Assembly: GCA_020831715.1 (NCBI GenBank)
Contig: JAFIGA010000189.1
Coordinates: forward strand, 11,853-75,852
Source: Leptospira sp.
GTDB lineage: Bacteria > Spirochaetota > Leptospiria > Leptospirales > Leptospiraceae
DNA length: 64,000 bases
Reading direction: 5' to 3'
The notes below the pieces were generated by a model that worked only from the letters and a program-made list of their open reading frames with translations, ran no database searches and was not told the origin of the DNA. The position numbers were made by a program, and so were the translations under genes. Shown piece by piece: positions 38,318-47,348 of the stretch; within the stretch, counting starts at the first letter, position 1; every line of letters starts with the position of its first letter.

Positions 38318-39718
38318 ATGAGTATAGAAATCAAAACACAAATTCCCGGCCCCAAATCAATCTCCTTGATGGAGGAAAGAAAAAAACATGTAGCACGTGG
38401 TCCTTTTCATACCACTCCTATTTTCATTGAAAAGGCTCATGGTGCTCATGTTTGGGATGTGGATGGAAATAAATTATTGGATTTTGCTTCGGGAATCGGT
38501 GTGGTAAATGTGGGTCACACGCCCAAGGAATTGGTGGAGGCAATAACCGAGCAAGCAGGTAAAAACATCCATTCTTCCATCAATGTTCTCGCTTATGAAG
38601 GCTATGTCCGACTCTCGGAAAAAATCAACAATGCAATCCCCGGTGATTTTCATAAGAAATCGTTTCTCTGCAATAGCGGTGCTGAAGCTGTAGAGAATGC
38701 CATTAAGATTGCGAGATCTTTTACCAAAAGGCAAGCCGTGATAGCATTCGACCATGCTTACCACGGTAGAACCTATATGGCAATGAGCCTAACATCTAAG
38801 GTAAATTTTTACAAGCATGGATTTGCTCCATTTAACTCAGAAGTTTATAGAGCACCATTCCCATACCAATATAGATGTCCATCTTGCAGTGGGAGCTGTG
38901 AAAATACACCTTCGATAAATCAAAGTTCTGATACCAAAAATGATCTTAATTCGCGCTTTGAGGCAAAATGTGAGCCTTGCTTTTCCCAATTTGCTCATAT
39001 GGTAAACAGTCAGATTGGTGCTCAGAATGTAGCGGCAGTAATCGTTGAACCCGTACTTGGTGAAGGAGGATTTCTTCCGGTTCCCAAAGGCTATATGAAA
39101 GAACTGCGTAAATTCTGCACAGACAATGGTATCCTTTTGATTTTGGACGAAATCCAATCCGGTTTTGGAAGAACAGGCAAAATGTTCGCAGTGGATCACT
39201 ACGATATAGTTCCGGATCTCATGACTCTGGCAAAAGGTCTCGGTGGGGGAATGCCCATTGCCGCCGTTGCCGGAAGAGCTGATGTTATGGATGCTCCTCC
39301 CGAAGGTGGGATAGGTGGAACCTATTGTGGAAACCCTGTTGCCTGTGCAGCAGGACTTGCTGTTTTTGACATGTTCGAGAAAGACAATGGGAAACTACTG
39401 GAACATTCCGAAAAGATTGGAAAACTCATTCATGATAAGTTTCTCTTTTGGATGGAAACATATAATTGCATTGGTGATGTGAGGGGAATCGGTCCCATGC
39501 AAGCTATGGAATTCGTGAAAGATAGAAATACCAAAGAGCCGGACAAGGAACTAACAGGTAAAATTGCGAAGTATTGCTATGAAAATGGTGTAGTTACCAT
39601 CACAGCAGGTACTTTTGGTAATGTTATGCGCCTACTCGTTCCATTGGTGATTACCGAAGAAGAGTTGATGGAAGGATTGAATGTAATTGAAAAAGCAATT
39701 CAATTCGCATCAAAATAA
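38318..39718 (+). CDS. gabT: class III aminotransferase, 4-aminobutyrate aminotransferase-like
   Basis: ATG at 38318 with AAGGA upstream. IPGPKS .. DGNKLLDFASGIGVVNVGH, EPVLGEGGF, LILDEIQSGFGRTGKMFA, and PLP lysine in TLAKGLGGGMP. Confidence 0.75.
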   Translation: MSIEIKTQIPGPKSISLMEERKKHVARGPFHTTPIFIEKAHGAHVWDVDGNKLLDFASGIGVVNVGHTPKELVEAITEQAGKNIHSSINVLAYEGYVRLSEKINNAIPGDFHKKSFLCNSGAEAVENAIKIARSFTKRQAVIAFDHAYHGRTYMAMSLTSKVNFYKHGFAPFNSEVYRAPFPYQYRCPSCSGSCENTPSINQSSDTKNDLNSRFEAKCEPCFSQFAHMVNSQIGAQNVAAVIVEPVLGEGGFLPVPKGYMKELRKFCTDNGILLILDEIQSGFGRTGKMFAVDHYDIVPDLMTLAKGLGGGMPIAAVAGRADVMDAPPEGGIGGTYCGNPVACAAGLAVFDMFEKDNGKLLEHSEKIGKLIHDKFLFWMETYNCIGDVRGIGPMQAMEFVKDRNTKEPDKELTGKIAKYCYENGVVTITAGTFGNVMRLLVPLVITEEELMEGLNVIEKAIQFASK

Positions 39719-39759
39719 TTTTTTTTCGGTTACTATAAGTATTTATTAAGGAGGAACTT

Positions 39760-41250
39760 ATGAGTGGTAAAATATACAAACAATGGATCGGTGGAAGCTG
39801 GATTGATTCCAATGAAAAACACCCAGTTCACAGTCCATGGGATGGTAAATTAATTTCACAGTGTGGATTAGCCAAGCAAGATGAAATTCATCTTGCAATC
39901 CAATCCGGTTTTTCCTCTCATAAGACCTTTTCCAAAACGAGTCGCTTTTTACGTTCCCAATTGCTTGATCAGATGCTGATTGTTCTGGAATCACGTAAAC
40001 AAGAATTCATTGATTCCATAGTTGCAGAGTCGGGCAAGCCCATCTTTCTTGCCGAAGGAGAATTCGCTCGTTGCATCAACACATTCCAAACTGCACGGGA
40101 CGAATCCAAAAAATTTGTCGGAGAAACCTATTCCATGGATATTGATGCCGGGGGAAGAGCATTTGCCACAGCAACAACCGAATTCTTCGCAAAAGGTCTT
40201 ATCTATGCAATCACACCGTTTAATTTTCCTCTCAATTTAGTGGCCCATAAGGTGGCACCGTCTCTTGCAGTTGGTGCTCCCATCTTACTTAAGCCCGCTC
40301 CCCAAGCACCGGGTGCGGCATTTCTTTTGGCAGAAGTCTTCGAAGAGTCTGCGAACATTGTGAATCAGAAATTTGGCATGCAAACTAGAAAAGAGAATTC
40401 GAATGGGGATCTCATTCCTCTATCTGCATTCCAAGTATTTTTCTCATCCAATGAAAATGCAGAGATTCCCACAAAAGATCCTCGCATATCTATTGTAAGT
40501 TTTACCGGTTCCCCCGGTGTTGGATGGAAGATCCAAGAGCAAGGCATTAAGAAAAAGGTTCTTCTGGAACTGGGAGGAAATGCAGCTGTGATTCTAGCAA
40601 CGGACGGTGACCTAAAACTATGTGCGGCACGTTCCGCATTTGGAGCAATGTCCTACTCCGGGCAATCCTGCATTTCCGTTCAGAGAATTTTCGCTGAAGA
40701 ATCTATCTATGAATCCTTCAAGAAAGAATTGATATTAGAGTTTGAAAAAGTAAAATACGGTGATCCTAACCAAAGAGATGTTTTAGTAGGACCAATCATT
40801 GACAATCGATCCAAGGAGAGAATAATTTCTTGGATCCAAGAAGCAATCGATGCCGGTGCTAAAGTTTTGGTGGGAGGAAAGTCGGAAGGGAATGTAATCC
40901 AACCTACCCTTCTCGAAAATGTACCCGACACCTGTAAATTATTCACCGAGGAAGTATTTGGTCCTGTCGCCATTTTGGAAAAAACCAAAAATTTAAATCA
41001 TTCTTTGGAGAGAGTAAATAATTCCAAGTATGGTTTGCATGCGGGAATATTCACTAGAGATATTGGAAATATTCAGAAAGCTTTTCAGGAATTGGAAGTG
41101 GGTGGTGTGATTGTGAACGAGGTGCCAACTTTTCGAGCTGACCACATGCCTTACGGTGGAGTGAAAGAATCCGGCTTGGGCAGAGAAGGGGTTCGCTATG
41201 CTATGGAAGATTTCTGCGAAAGAAAAACTCTAGTTGTGAAGAAAGGATAA
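39760..41250 (+). CDS. aldehyde dehydrogenase (succinate-semialdehyde dehydrogenase / GapN-like)
   Basis: AAGGAGG Shine-Dalgarno. LELGGNAAVIL and catalytic Cys in GQSCISVQRIF, EEVFGPV. The substrate assignment rests only on its position after the gabT-like gene. Confidence 0.75.
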   Translation: MSGKIYKQWIGGSWIDSNEKHPVHSPWDGKLISQCGLAKQDEIHLAIQSGFSSHKTFSKTSRFLRSQLLDQMLIVLESRKQEFIDSIVAESGKPIFLAEGEFARCINTFQTARDESKKFVGETYSMDIDAGGRAFATATTEFFAKGLIYAITPFNFPLNLVAHKVAPSLAVGAPILLKPAPQAPGAAFLLAEVFEESANIVNQKFGMQTRKENSNGDLIPLSAFQVFFSSNENAEIPTKDPRISIVSFTGSPGVGWKIQEQGIKKKVLLELGGNAAVILATDGDLKLCAARSAFGAMSYSGQSCISVQRIFAEESIYESFKKELILEFEKVKYGDPNQRDVLVGPIIDNRSKERIISWIQEAIDAGAKVLVGGKSEGNVIQPTLLENVPDTCKLFTEEVFGPVAILEKTKNLNHSLERVNNSKYGLHAGIFTRDIGNIQKAFQELEVGGVIVNEVPTFRADHMPYGGVKESGLGREGVRYAMEDFCERKTLVVKKG

Positions 41251-41273
41251 ATTAGAACCTACTAAAAATAGTA

Positions 41274-41648
41274 TTAAATGTAAATTTCTTCTTTACTTAA
41301 AGCTTTTAGCAATTTTTTATCTAACGTCCAGATTTGAATTTTTTGCTTCCTGGCTTCACTAATTAAAACTGAGTCTATTAATCCAATTCCTTTAGAAATA
41401 TATTTATTTTGAAAAGAAAGTTTCCCACCTTCAATAAAAGATCCTTCCGAGTTTAATCGATTAATACAAAGTAAATACTCTGATATAAAAAGAAGCTCTT
41501 CTTTCGATTTACAACCTTGAAAAAGCTCTCCAAAAATTACTTCATGAGCAACTATATCAGAATTTTCTATTAATTTTCTTAATCTTGTGAAATAGGGATC
41601 TATACCTCGAAAAAATTCAATCCAAATAGATGTATCAACTAATATCAT
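41274..41648 (-). CDS. vapC: PIN-domain toxin (VapC family)
   Basis: MILVDTSIWIEFF (Asp5), with later acidic residues in FGELFQG and GLIDSVLISEA. The ATG shares a base with the antitoxin stop (TAATG). Confidence 0.85.
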   Translation of the reverse strand: MILVDTSIWIEFFRGIDPYFTRLRKLIENSDIVAHEVIFGELFQGCKSKEELLFISEYLLCINRLNSEGSFIEGGKLSFQNKYISKGIGLIDSVLISEARKQKIQIWTLDKKLLKALSKEEIYI

Positions 41649-41860
41649 TACTTACGGTTAACTTCGCGAATTTTAAAAGCAGAAATACCTTTTTTGAATT
41701 CCAGAGGTTTCTCACTTAATTTTCTATTTAATTCTTTAAGTTTTGCCAATTTTAACCATTCAGATAATGCCTTTTCCAAGGAGTCAGTTATATTCTTACC
41801 ACCGGAATACATTTTCACTTCTTGAATTAGTTCATCCGGTAGTATAGCTGTTACTTTCAT
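41648..41860 (-). CDS. vapB: VapB-type antitoxin
   Basis: Small basic/acidic protein MKVTAILPDELIQEVKMYSGGKNITDSLEKALSEWL, immediately upstream of the PIN gene. ATG at 41860 is preferred over the GTG at 41866. Confidence 0.75.
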   Translation of the reverse strand: MKVTAILPDELIQEVKMYSGGKNITDSLEKALSEWLKLAKLKELNRKLSEKPLEFKKGISAFKIREVNRK

Positions 41861-41867
41861 ATTCACA

Positions 41868-41895
41868 ACTATACGATATAGTATCGTATAGTCAA
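41868..41895 (-). promoter_or_regulatory. sigma70-like promoter with embedded inverted repeat upstream of vapBC
   Basis: The minus strand reads TTGACT-16 nt-TATAGT-7 nt-ATG. The 11-bp arms actatacgata / tatcgtatagt (41868-41878 and 41882-41892) cover the spacer and the -10. Confidence 0.5.
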
Positions 41896-41925
41896 TATTT
41901 TTATTTAAAACTGAATGTTTATTTT

Positions 41926-42669
41926 TTAATTACTAATCCCTCTCTGCACTTGTTTTCGATCTATAAACTCTTTTCCATCGCTGCTAACACTGGGAAAGAA
42001 GCCTTCTTCTTTATTGGGATCTTCATTCAATTTTTTGAGAGTTTGAATCTTCTTATAGCAAGCTTCCATAAACAATTGATGCCCACAGCCCAGAAGATGA
42101 TAGCCTTCGTGAACCAAGGTTGACTTTGGACTTGTGAATATAAGTTGAATAGTTGAGATGTATTTGGCTTTGATATAACCTCGTGTATGTGTCCTCGAAT
42201 CAACAGCACCCTGCATTTCAACTTTTATACCAATACCGAATAGAACTCCCAAGCTAAAAACTTCATAAAATAGATCAGATACTTTTCTTCCTTTTAAATA
42301 GAGAAGTCTATCACACCCTTCATCTAGCCGTTGGTTATAAAGAAACTGCATGATATCGAAACCTGTGAATCCGGGTCTATTTATTTCAATCACTCGAACA
42401 GGTCTTGCTCTAAGCTTATACAACGAAAGCTCATCATTCCAATATTTGAATAAATCCTCTATATCGCTAGAATTAATTCCCGGTTCATGGAAAGTGCAGA
42501 CTCGAAATTCATGAAACTCACGAAAATCCATACTCTCTCGAATCTTTTTTTCATGGAAACCTATCGTTGTACATTGGATCAAGGACAAGGAAATGATTGA
42601 TAATTCTAAAAAGTAAATTGAAATTTTTCTTAATATAAATAGCGAATTTTTTCTTGGAGAATTTTTCAA
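41926..42669 (-). CDS. putative lipoprotein with metzincin-type zinc-binding motif
   Basis: Hydrophobic N-terminus with lipobox-like LSLIQC. HEGYHLLGCGH (HExxHxxGxxH) is encoded at 42079-42111. Confidence 0.5.
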   Translation of the reverse strand: MKNSPRKNSLFILRKISIYFLELSIISLSLIQCTTIGFHEKKIRESMDFREFHEFRVCTFHEPGINSSDIEDLFKYWNDELSLYKLRARPVRVIEINRPGFTGFDIMQFLYNQRLDEGCDRLLYLKGRKVSDLFYEVFSLGVLFGIGIKVEMQGAVDSRTHTRGYIKAKYISTIQLIFTSPKSTLVHEGYHLLGCGHQLFMEACYKKIQTLKKLNEDPNKEEGFFPSVSSDGKEFIDRKQVQRGISN

Positions 42670-42679
42670 ATTAGATTCT

Positions 42680-44716
42680 CTATAAAGGTATACTTTCTCT
42701 TTGCAAGATTTTCAAAAACTCTTCTTCCGTTACAAGTTCTATTCCTAGATCTTTTGCCTTTTCCAATTTGGAACCGGCACCTTCTCCATAGAGAAGATGA
42801 GTAGTCTTGGATGAAATTGAACTTACCTTTCGTCCACCATGTCTGGTAATGATATCCATCGCTCGGTCACGTGGTTGGAATTTTTCAAAGCTGCCTGTTA
42901 CACACCACGATTGTCCATCAAAGGGTGTATGATCACTTTTTTCTGATGCATTGGCTTGAAAATTCAGGCCCAATTTTTTGAGTCTCTTAATGAGCCCCAA
43001 CACTTCCTTGTCCTGGAATTGCTCAATGATAGCAACTGTGGTTCTTGGACCAATCCCATGGATGGCATTCAATTCTTCTTCTGCATTTTTTGAATTCGCA
43101 AGTTCAAGAATCGCATCAATATTTTCGTATCCGGCTTCAATTAAAACTTCTGTTACTTTGTGACCTACTTCGTTTAAGCCCAATGCCGGAAGCAGCAATC
43201 GTAAATCTTTCTTCTTGGATTCCTCGATGCCTTTTAAAATGATTGCGACCGACTTTTTACCGAAGCCTTCCATAGTTTCCATTTCATCTTCGTATTTCTT
43301 CAATTCGTAGAGATCGGCAATATTTTTTACCCAACCCTTACTATAGAATAGATTGATCTGCTTTTCACCCAATCCATCAATATCCATTTGTTTCTTTTGG
43401 CAGAAAAACAAAAGAGAATGCCTTTCCCTTTCGGGACATTTTTTATTAGTACAGAATAAATCTACAGACTCATCCACTTTCTCCAACTTGGTAGAACAAA
43501 ACGGACATTTTGTAGGAAGTTGAAACACGCCATGCAATCCTGGTTCCAATACTTCTTCTACGGCAGGAATGATTTCACCCCGTTTGGAAATGGAAACTCT
43601 GGCTCCTATACCTACTCCTAATTGGTTGATGTAATCTTGGTTGTGTAAAGTTGCATAGGTTACGGTAGTTCCGGCAAGTTGGACAGGCTTAATTCTTGCT
43701 CTTGGAGTAACTTTTCCGGTTCGACCAATCTGAGGTATGATTTCTTCGATAGTGGATTCTTGGAATAAAGCGTCAAATTTAAATGCCCTCGCCCACCGCG
43801 GGGAATGAGCTGTCTCACCCAGAGCATCTCTTTTCTTGAGATCATCCATTTTAATTACCAATCCATCGATGGGGAATGGCATGGAATCTTTCTTTTTCCT
43901 GAGTTTTTCTATCGTTTTTTCAATCTTATCCAAGGTAGTGAAAGAAGTATCCGGAGCTACAGGCAGACCTAGTTTTTTAATATACTCAAGAGACAATTTA
44001 TTCGTTATTATTTTACCTCTTCCATCGGGGAAAAATGCATCGTAGGTAAAAATACAAAGTGGACGCTTTGCAACTTCTGAGGCGTATTTATGCTTAATTG
44101 ATCCTGCTGTTAGATTTCTAGGATTGGCGTATTTTCCTCCAAAGTCTTCATTGAATTCTTCAAAGTCTGAGAAATTCATAAAAACTTCTCCTCGAACATA
44201 GAGATTTACTTTTTCTTCCAATCTATGAGGTATTGATTGGATAGTTTTTATATTCTCCGTTACATCATCGCCGGTTCCACCCGATCCTCGAGTTACTGCG
44301 TTTTTAAGAATTCCGTCTTCATAGTAGAGAACAATAGAAGCACCATCGATTTTCCACTCAATCGAATATATATCCTCCGGAGCTGTTTTCTGGATCCAGT
44401 CGACCAACTCTTTTGTATTATAAGTATTCTCCAGTGAGAGAACAGGAATTTTGTGTTTAAACTTGGCAAAATCACTGGTCTCACTTAGATCAGAACCCAC
44501 CAATTTTGTGGGTGAGTTAGGTGAAGCAAGATCAGGATATTTCTCTTCGAGTTTTTTTAACTTTTGGAATATTTTGTCAAATTCTTTATCTGTTATACGA
44601 GGTGAGTTCTCTAAATAGTAAAAGTATTGGTGATCTCGAATCTCTTTTTCAAGAGATCTCATCTCACTATCAATCTTATCGGTGTTGTTTGTCTTTTTTT
44701 TAGAAGGAGTAGGCAT
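42680..44716 (-). CDS. ligA: NAD-dependent DNA ligase
   Basis: Adenylation motif EWKIDGASI, OB fold, Zn finger CPFCSTKLEK .. CTNKKCP, HhH repeats and a C-terminal BRCT (GQSWCVTGSF). Confidence 0.95.
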   Translation of the reverse strand: MPTPSKKKTNNTDKIDSEMRSLEKEIRDHQYFYYLENSPRITDKEFDKIFQKLKKLEEKYPDLASPNSPTKLVGSDLSETSDFAKFKHKIPVLSLENTYNTKELVDWIQKTAPEDIYSIEWKIDGASIVLYYEDGILKNAVTRGSGGTGDDVTENIKTIQSIPHRLEEKVNLYVRGEVFMNFSDFEEFNEDFGGKYANPRNLTAGSIKHKYASEVAKRPLCIFTYDAFFPDGRGKIITNKLSLEYIKKLGLPVAPDTSFTTLDKIEKTIEKLRKKKDSMPFPIDGLVIKMDDLKKRDALGETAHSPRWARAFKFDALFQESTIEEIIPQIGRTGKVTPRARIKPVQLAGTTVTYATLHNQDYINQLGVGIGARVSISKRGEIIPAVEEVLEPGLHGVFQLPTKCPFCSTKLEKVDESVDLFCTNKKCPERERHSLLFFCQKKQMDIDGLGEKQINLFYSKGWVKNIADLYELKKYEDEMETMEGFGKKSVAIILKGIEESKKKDLRLLLPALGLNEVGHKVTEVLIEAGYENIDAILELANSKNAEEELNAIHGIGPRTTVAIIEQFQDKEVLGLIKRLKKLGLNFQANASEKSDHTPFDGQSWCVTGSFEKFQPRDRAMDIITRHGGRKVSSISSKTTHLLYGEGAGSKLEKAKDLGIELVTEEEFLKILQRESIPL

Positions 44717-45713
44717 TTAGATATTCTTCCGGATCGGTCTTATTACCATCTCCTATCCAAATTTCATAATGCAAATGAGGCCCGGTTACATTTCCGGTAG
44801 CACCCACTTCGGCAATTTTCTTGCCCTGTTCTACAAATTGTCCATGCTTAACATATATTCTACTACAATGTGCATATAAAGTCTTGTAACCATATTCATG
44901 CTCCATGACTATATGATAGCCATAACCTGTATTGGAATATAAAACACGAATTACTCTTCCCGGTGCCGCCGCATAAATCGGAGTTCCGGGTGCATTCGCC
45001 ATATCCGTTCCGTCGTGGAATTCATAAAATCCCGAGGTAGGTGATTTTCTCATTCCAAATGGAGAAGTTGTCTTCCAATAGGGCATAGGATTGTAAATCG
45101 GTAGATTTTCCATTACCGAATTACGATTTTCGAAATAATCGAAATTAGCATCTAGAAGTCTCTTGTTGGAAATCATGGAATGCTTTAGATATCTAAGATC
45201 ATAGACTTCATTCAGATACCTTCTCCCTTCCATTAACAAAGGGTCTGATTTCTCTTCATCCTGAATTTCCATAAAGGAATTTCTTTTTAATTCTTCTTCA
45301 TTAGGAAGTTTATAAAGCTCTTCGTTTTGTCCATCGAAAGCCAGGAAAATGTTATTTAAATTCGCTTCAATGACTGAATAATCATCCTCAATCTCTTCCA
45401 AGTAATTCTTGGATTCTATATAATCGTTAAAATATCGACCGTAAATACTTTGTAGATTATTGATTTCCCTTCTGGTGTGACTTGATTTGTAGATACCATA
45501 AATCGAAAGAGAAATTAAAGACATTAGCAGAAGAAAAAAGAAAAATATCGTAAAAATGGAAATTTGAAAATTAAAGGAGCTATCATATCCGTGAGGAATC
45601 AACAGGATAGTTAACCTGGTATGACCTTTTTCCTTAACTTTATCAATCCTGTTCTTTAGAGCCGGATTATCTTGGAAAAAATTCTTTTTGAATTTTTGAA
45701 TAAACTTGTCCAT
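44700..45713 (-). CDS. M23 family metallopeptidase
   Basis: One TM, a coiled region, then FHDGTDMANAPGTPIYAAAPGRV and GPHLHYEIW. Confidence 0.85.
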   Translation of the reverse strand: MDKFIQKFKKNFFQDNPALKNRIDKVKEKGHTRLTILLIPHGYDSSFNFQISIFTIFFFFLLLMSLISLSIYGIYKSSHTRREINNLQSIYGRYFNDYIESKNYLEEIEDDYSVIEANLNNIFLAFDGQNEELYKLPNEEELKRNSFMEIQDEEKSDPLLMEGRRYLNEVYDLRYLKHSMISNKRLLDANFDYFENRNSVMENLPIYNPMPYWKTTSPFGMRKSPTSGFYEFHDGTDMANAPGTPIYAAAPGRVIRVLYSNTGYGYHIVMEHEYGYKTLYAHCSRIYVKHGQFVEQGKKIAEVGATGNVTGPHLHYEIWIGDGNKTDPEEYLNAYSF

Positions 45714-45740
45714 AACGGGGTTTTTTTCAAATTATCATAT

Positions 45741-46427
45741 GTGGAGTACCGAGTCAAGTCATATCAATGGATTATTCTTCTGCTTTTCATGGGCACGATG
45801 GGAATCTTCGTAGTTTTTGCCATAGACTCGTATATGGAGAAAATCTATGTTGAAAATCTTCCATCTAAAAATTACAGAACAGTTCCCAAGGCAACAGTAG
45901 CAATTGTCCCGGGTGCATCCGTGTACGGACTCAAACCATCCGCAGTATTGATAGACAGATTACGATGTGCACTGTATTTATACCAGAACAAGAGAGTCCG
46001 AAAGATTTTACTTTCCGGTGACAATGGACAAGCAGATTATAATGAACTGAAACCTATGCTTCTTTTCATGTTAAATAACGGAGTAAAACAGGAAGATATA
46101 TTTGTAGACCATGCCGGTTTTAGAACATTGGATACTATAGTCAGGGCTAAGGCAATTTACCAAGTAGAAGATGCTATTTTCGTTTCCCAACAATTTCATC
46201 AACCTAGAGCATTTTTCATTGCCAGTAAAATAGGCATGCGACTTTATTCTTACGAGTCGGATATGAGAATTTATGTGAAATCAAAAAATTTCAGGATAAG
46301 AGAAGTCTTTGCAAGAACTTTAACTTGGTTGGATTTTAACATACTCAATACAAGTCCGAAATTTTTTGGGGAACCTTATCCCATACAAGGATCAGGAAAG
46401 GCGACATGGAAAGGATCAATACTTTAG
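45741..46427 (+). CDS. sanA: SanA/YdcF (DUF218) family protein
   Basis: N-terminal TM, then ILLSGDNGQADYNELKPM, VDHAGFRTLDTIVRAK, QQFHQPRAFFIA and RIREVFAR, which parallel E. coli SanA. GTG at 45741 avoids the 42-nt head-to-head overlap created by the ORF-track start at 45672. Confidence 0.8.
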   Translation: MEYRVKSYQWIILLLFMGTMGIFVVFAIDSYMEKIYVENLPSKNYRTVPKATVAIVPGASVYGLKPSAVLIDRLRCALYLYQNKRVRKILLSGDNGQADYNELKPMLLFMLNNGVKQEDIFVDHAGFRTLDTIVRAKAIYQVEDAIFVSQQFHQPRAFFIASKIGMRLYSYESDMRIYVKSKNFRIREVFARTLTWLDFNILNTSPKFFGEPYPIQGSGKATWKGSIL

Positions 46428-46428
46428 A

Positions 46429-47328
46429 TTAATTCTCTTTTTTGGATATTTGATTAGCTATCTGATTGATCCAAGAAGTATAATAATTGGAAACAGTTCT
46501 TAATAAGAATAAATCCATCTCGGCTAAAGGATCACCTTGCTTTATTTGATTTTGCAAAGTCTGAATCGCTTTGGCATATATATTTCTAAAATCCAACAAA
46601 GATGTCTCGGGTGGAAGTAGCTTTACTATTCTAGAAGTTTGCTCATCATCAAATCCATATTCCTTCTTCCAGAGGATTAATAGCTGCTTACATTGATACT
46701 TCTGTGATAGAACAAATTGTGCGGTAATTAGATTAAACATGGAATCCAAAGCTAAAATCGGAATCTGCATATTCTCAGAAGCACCTGCAGTAATAATTTT
46801 ATCTGAATTTTCTATAGCACGCTTCATGTTCCCTGATGCCAAGAATCTGGCATGCATCTTATTAAAAGCTTTTAGATAGACTACAATCTGTTCCAAGTCT
46901 TGCTTGGTTACAGCTGACTTTTGATTTTCCATATCCATTACAGCTGTTTCAGCTTTATTGGCTCCGACTTCCATGAATAGAGTCTCTATTACTTGAAATA
47001 AAATATCCATGGAAAACTGTTCTTTTCTATTTATACTGTATTCAATCTCATTCTTATACATTCCATGTACGCGAAATAGAAATTTATTAATCTTTTCTTT
47101 TTCGGGAGAATTGGGGGCACTCAGTAGAGGGAATGTGTTTTTAACAAATTTATCAGAATCATTTCCCAAATATGTATCGGGTTGATTTTTAAAAGTACGA
47201 ATGGTTGTTTCTTTATTTAAGCGATACACACCTTCTCTGATCTCTTGAAAGCGATTAAAAGTTCTCCAGAGGAGATACGCCTTGTCCGGCTCAAATGAAT
47301 TAGAATCATTGCTTGAATTAATCGCCAT
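46429..47328 (-). CDS. hypothetical protein
   Basis: The long ORF is trimmed to the internal ATG at 47328, because the first 100 codons of the 399-aa track ORF lie antisense to a well-formed PAS domain on the + strand. No family recognised. Confidence 0.45.
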   Translation of the reverse strand: MAINSSNDSNSFEPDKAYLLWRTFNRFQEIREGVYRLNKETTIRTFKNQPDTYLGNDSDKFVKNTFPLLSAPNSPEKEKINKFLFRVHGMYKNEIEYSINRKEQFSMDILFQVIETLFMEVGANKAETAVMDMENQKSAVTKQDLEQIVVYLKAFNKMHARFLASGNMKRAIENSDKIITAGASENMQIPILALDSMFNLITAQFVLSQKYQCKQLLILWKKEYGFDDEQTSRIVKLLPPETSLLDFRNIYAKAIQTLQNQIKQGDPLAEMDLFLLRTVSNYYTSWINQIANQISKKEN

Positions 47329-47348
47329 ACCTAAAATTATTAGAAATA

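Noticed and set aside
45672-45740. ORF-track N-terminal extension of the SanA-like gene
   Set aside because: It would overlap the 5' end of the divergent M23 gene by 42 nt. A GTG at 45741 keeps the TM helix and removes the overlap.
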